A DNA stretch of 62,967 nt, the filler included. It is 5 parts of 5 records of this genome, joined end to end, with 100 filler letters (N's around TTAATTAATTAA, not from the genome) between each part and the next. Parts side by side here need not be neighbours in the genome. Positions count along the whole stretch, not along the records: positions 39,346 to 62,967 come from DRR723986_7872; 4 more parts are not named here. One strand, 5' to 3'. This document shows positions 59,691-62,967 of the stretch, piece after piece (within the stretch, counting starts at the first letter, position 1; every line of letters begins with the position of its first letter). The translations under genes and the position numbers were made by a program. The notes under the pieces were generated by a model that was given only the letters and a program-made list of their open reading frames with translations, did not search any database and had not been told where the DNA came from.

Positions 59691-60902
59691 TCAGACTTCT
59701 TCGATCCGCGTTTTCGCCCGGCGCACATTCAACCAGACCAAAGCGATCACGGCAGGCACGCTAACCGCCTGGAGAACAGGAACACTCACCACCGTGTGCG
59801 GCAGCGATTTGATCAGCACGCCAATCAGGCCGACGACATAGTAGGAAATCGCCGCGACAGAAAGCCCTTCGACAGCCTGACCGAGATGCACCTGCTGGCG
59901 TGCACGCTTTTCCATCGAGACCAGCAAGGCCTGATTGTGTTCCTGGGAAGCCTGCTCCAACCGCGTCCGCGCCAAGGCCATGGCTTCCGACAGGGTGACT
60001 GATACGTCTGCGATCCGCCGGTCAAAGGCAGAAACGGTCTTGATTGCGGGCGCCAGGCGATGATCGACGAAGCCTTTCAGGGTCTGGCGCTGACCGATCG
60101 GTGTTTCTGCCAGGCTCGCCAGCCGGTCTGATACAATATCATAGTAGGCTTTAGACGCAGCCATGCGGTAACGGAGGTCATCCCGCAGGGCGCCGACTTC
60201 AGCCAGCAGCCCGGAAATCTCTCGGATCGTGTCGCCGAGTTTCTCGCCTTCGGACGCGCTCAAGGCGCGCATGGCCAGCCCGGTCCGTGCTTCAAGAGAC
60301 TGAAGCGCCGGTGTCGCTTGCCGAACCACCGGCAGGCCAAGAAGCGATGCCATCCGATAGGTTTCCAGATCGACCAGCCGTTTGACCAGCCTCCCGCGTG
60401 CGAAAGCGTCCTCGAATGCTCCAGATAATGTGTAAACGACCATCTGATCGGCTCCGACCTGAAAATCGGTCGCCACCTCAACCCCGGCAAACCGGGCAGC
60501 TCCGCCGAATATACGGCCTGGTCCGAAAACACTTGCCATACCACTCCATCCAGCGGGCCGGATCAGCACCCGCGCCCCAGCCAGCTGCCGTCCCGGACAG
60601 AGCGCGATGATGCGCAAGCTCTCGGCGTCAGGTGGCTCATCACCCAGCCATGTGACCGAGACAAACTCTGTATGCCGCTCAATTCGCAATTGCCCGCCGG
60701 CAAGATCCAGAACCTTGTGTCTGCATAACGGGTCGTATGGCGCTTGCCAGTCCGCCAGATCTTCCGGCAAGTCGTACAACACCCAGTTCCATACTTCAGA
60801 AGTCTCTGACTCGATGGCGAGCGGCGGACGCGCATGTGCCTCGGCCTGAATGTCGGCACGCTCGGGGTATTGATCAAAGACCGGTCGGTTCGTTGTGCTC
60901 AT
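59691..60902 (-). CDS. DUF3422 family membrane-anchored protein
   Basis: E.HARP, ERHTEF, GRL..RL..LETYR and VEGLSVAAISYY. Confidence 0.85.
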   Translation of the reverse strand: MSTTNRPVFDQYPERADIQAEAHARPPLAIESETSEVWNWVLYDLPEDLADWQAPYDPLCRHKVLDLAGGQLRIERHTEFVSVTWLGDEPPDAESLRIIALCPGRQLAGARVLIRPAGWSGMASVFGPGRIFGGAARFAGVEVATDFQVGADQMVVYTLSGAFEDAFARGRLVKRLVDLETYRMASLLGLPVVRQATPALQSLEARTGLAMRALSASEGEKLGDTIREISGLLAEVGALRDDLRYRMAASKAYYDIVSDRLASLAETPIGQRQTLKGFVDHRLAPAIKTVSAFDRRIADVSVTLSEAMALARTRLEQASQEHNQALLVSMEKRARQQVHLGQAVEGLSVAAISYYVVGLIGVLIKSLPHTVVSVPVLQAVSVPAVIALVWLNVRRAKTRIEEV

Positions 60903-61031
60903 CGAACACCTCCCCGGCCAGCCAAAGCAGGACACGCACCGTCACGCTGACTGGCCGTCAGCTCACTTTACGTTTTTGTAAAATATAATCTGAGCAATCA
61001 CCATGCGACGGATTGCGCAGCACCCGGAAAA

Positions 61032-62153
61032 TCACGCTTTCGATGAATTTCGCATTCGAATCAGGCGACGGATCGCCAGAGAAATTCCAGTATATACAAG
61101 GACAATCGCGGCAATAGAAGCCAGCCCTGCCAGCGTCTGCCCGATGAGACCATAGATCTCTCCGGTGTGCACAAACCGTAGATAACGGCGTGCTTTCGAC
61201 GCCGGGCTGGAAACATCGCCAACTGGCGCCCCGATAAAACCGGAACCATCACGCAAGACACTCACGCTGCGCTGTTTCGACGCCTGGGTGCCATTGCCCC
61301 AATCGACCGAGAGATCGAGTGTTGTTGCATTCGGCTCGGGAAGCGTAATGGAAACACGGCGCCAATTGTTAAATGGCTCGGTAGCCTGTGCGACCAGTTG
61401 ATCAAGAGGCTGGACCTCCCCGACCAGCACCGGTGACGCTGCCGCCGCAACCTCATGCCCCGCACGTTGACCGCCCGGCGTTTCACCGAACGCCGCATAG
61501 ACCAGCTTGTTTGCCCAACTGTAGGAGAAGACGGCGCCCGACACGATGATCAGGAAAAGCGGTATGAAGCTCCACGCGGCGAGTACATGGTGCCAGTTGT
61601 AATGCCGCGCCTTCGCATGTGTCAGGCCGCGCCGGAAAAAGAGCTGCATCTTCACCAGCGGCCACTTCCATTTGCGCGGCCACCAGAGCACAACGCCGGA
61701 AATCAGGAGCGCCCCAAAAATCAAACTTGCTGCACCATTCACAGCAGCGCCCAATTCATTGCGCCCGCCTGTGAAAGCTAGCCAGCGATGAATGCGCATG
61801 ACACGGCCGAAGAAGGCTTCAGTCTTTTCGCCCGCCCCTTCGAGCACTTCGCCTGTATACGGATCAAGCAGTACTGAGTCCCGCCGCCCCTTGGACAGCG
61901 TCACGACAGCCGAGGCATCCCTCTGAATTATTAAGGTGTTTCCGGGAGCCCCACCCACCGCTGTAGCCGCTTGTGAGAGCGCCTCAATGCTAAATGGCTC
62001 AGCGCCGGCCGGCGCCTCAACTGCCGCGTTCTGGGCCGCGGCAACCATCTGGCGCTCATAGGTGAGCAGCACACCTGTTACAGACATCAGCAGGATCAGC
62101 GCTCCTGCCGCGAGCCCCATGACAAAGTGCGCCCAAAAGAAAATACGCCGCAT
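61032..62153 (-). CDS. PepSY-associated TM helix protein
   Basis: W.H...GL, DPYTG, HRWL, SG..LWWP, WH and HTGE. Confidence 0.9.
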   Translation of the reverse strand: MRRIFFWAHFVMGLAAGALILLMSVTGVLLTYERQMVAAAQNAAVEAPAGAEPFSIEALSQAATAVGGAPGNTLIIQRDASAVVTLSKGRRDSVLLDPYTGEVLEGAGEKTEAFFGRVMRIHRWLAFTGGRNELGAAVNGAASLIFGALLISGVVLWWPRKWKWPLVKMQLFFRRGLTHAKARHYNWHHVLAAWSFIPLFLIIVSGAVFSYSWANKLVYAAFGETPGGQRAGHEVAAAASPVLVGEVQPLDQLVAQATEPFNNWRRVSITLPEPNATTLDLSVDWGNGTQASKQRSVSVLRDGSGFIGAPVGDVSSPASKARRYLRFVHTGEIYGLIGQTLAGLASIAAIVLVYTGISLAIRRLIRMRNSSKA

Positions 62154-62338
62154 ACCAGAAGCCCCTTCGTACGTCCGTCTGCCAAATCTAACGGCCGGGA
62201 AACGAAAATCTGTCGCTATTCACTGCATTACCTGCAGTGCCCAGACCAGACGACCGCGCCCGGGCATGTAGCTTAAAGGACCCTATCAGGGCAGACGCCG
62301 GAATTTCCCCCGCGGCCAGCATCGGCAAGCTTAGCGAC

Positions 62339-62728
62339 CTAGTGACGGTTTCCGGATGTACAATCCACCTTCACGCTCACGTCCTGGTCGCCTGAAATCT
62401 CGAGCATGGCCAGTAGCAGTGGAAGCGCCATATAGGCTGGGTATTTTTCGGAAAGGCACATGCACCAGCCAGAGTCAGAGCCTGCTTGATGGTCATCGGC
62501 CAATTGCTCCCCGATCTCCTTGCAATCCGACCAGAAGCTTCGCAGCGCGTCCCACCACCCCGCCGGGACGGGAATATCTCCCCGAAGGACCGATTGCACC
62601 ATTGAAACAGGCACGTTCTCATTCAGCCGAGAGCCGACGATGTAGACAAGATCCTCGGGCTGAATTCCGAGAAATTGCGCGCAAACCACAAAACCATAAG
62701 ATGTAGTCATGGATGTCCCCACAGCCAT
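62339..62728 (-). CDS. Hypothetical protein next to the tRNA
   Basis: 129-aa ORF with lower GC; no recognised motif; start uncertain. Confidence 0.45.
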   Translation of the reverse strand: MAVGTSMTTSYGFVVCAQFLGIQPEDLVYIVGSRLNENVPVSMVQSVLRGDIPVPAGWWDALRSFWSDCKEIGEQLADDHQAGSDSGWCMCLSEKYPAYMALPLLLAMLEISGDQDVSVKVDCTSGNRH

Positions 62729-62890
62729 GATTAGAAACTAATACATGGGAGGTAGGATTTTCAACTATTGCGAAGCAATGTCTTGAACGTTCCAGGTATT
62801 TGCATCTTTGTTGGTCCCATTCGGGAGCCGTTCTGGCTCACAAACCACACACAGACGGCTAAATACAAACCGAAAACGGACCTACTCAAC

Positions 62891-62931
62891 AAAAGAAAAG
62901 CCCCCGAAATCCGAAAGGAAATCAGGGGCTT
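62891..62931 (-). terminator. Terminator downstream of the tRNA
   Basis: Minus strand AAGCCCC...GGGGCTT hairpin followed by TTCTTTT. Confidence 0.75.
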
Positions 62932-62933
62932 AT

Positions 62934-62967
62934 TGGGTGCGGGAGTAGGATTTGAACCTACGACCTT
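62934..62967 (-). tRNA. 3' half of a tRNA, most like initiator tRNA-Met (anticodon outside the window)
   Basis: Minus strand AAGGTCGTAGGTTCAAATCCTACTCCCGCACCCA: T-arm GTAGG-TTCAAAT-CCTAC, acceptor strand and CCA. Confidence 0.8.

Noticed and set aside
48700-62967. Prophage or ICE integrated at the tRNA
   Set aside because: No integrase, transposase, phage or conjugation genes and no duplicated att site were seen.

Overview
This window is not one genome locus. It joins five unrelated contigs with 100-nt N/TTAATTAATTAA/N linkers (15413-15512, 26197-26296, 32912-33011, 39246-39345). (1) 1-15412 is alphaproteobacterial (Roseibium/Labrenzia-like by inference). It runs from the sdhB 3' end through about 11 kb of accessory genes (a divergent SAH-hydrolase-like gene coupled to a methyltransferase, creD, two VOC genes, msrA, recQ, an acyltransferase, MAPEG and a degenerate ArsC-like gene), then omp19/Inh, a possible dead-nuclease fusion, a candidate sRNA, a GrpB-like gene, zapE and the mdh 5' end. 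(2) 15513-26196 is betaproteobacterial (Limnobacter-like by inference). It carries low-complexity proteins, an AlkB-type monooxygenase with a ferredoxin-reductase partner and a FabR-like regulator, an OmpR regulator, hemA-prfA-prmC-grxD-ubiX, a methyltransferase and a terminal repeat-spacer array. (3) 26297-32911 is Rhodobacteraceae-like: telA, xpaC, a 29-aa membrane ORF, terC, a SAM-II riboswitch before metZ, a GNAT, a GATase, DUF2127 and folE2. (4) 33012-39245 is a very GC-rich, probably eukaryotic fragment of a giant multi-FN3, Cys-rich protein. (5) 39346-62967 is Hyphomonas-like: mmsA/LysR, a Zur-boxed TonB receptor, a PKHD hydroxylase and lipid-catabolic genes, then a module of prx6, an Rrf2 regulator, cydABX-dsrE-like-cytochrome c' and cydDC linked by a shared palindromic operator, ending in a tRNA-Met 3' half. 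The best novelty candidates are the Rrf2/bd-oxidase/DsrE/cytochrome c' regulon, the SAHH-like plus methyltransferase cassette and the 28-bp repeat array. All family and taxon calls come from motif recognition by eye; no database search was run.
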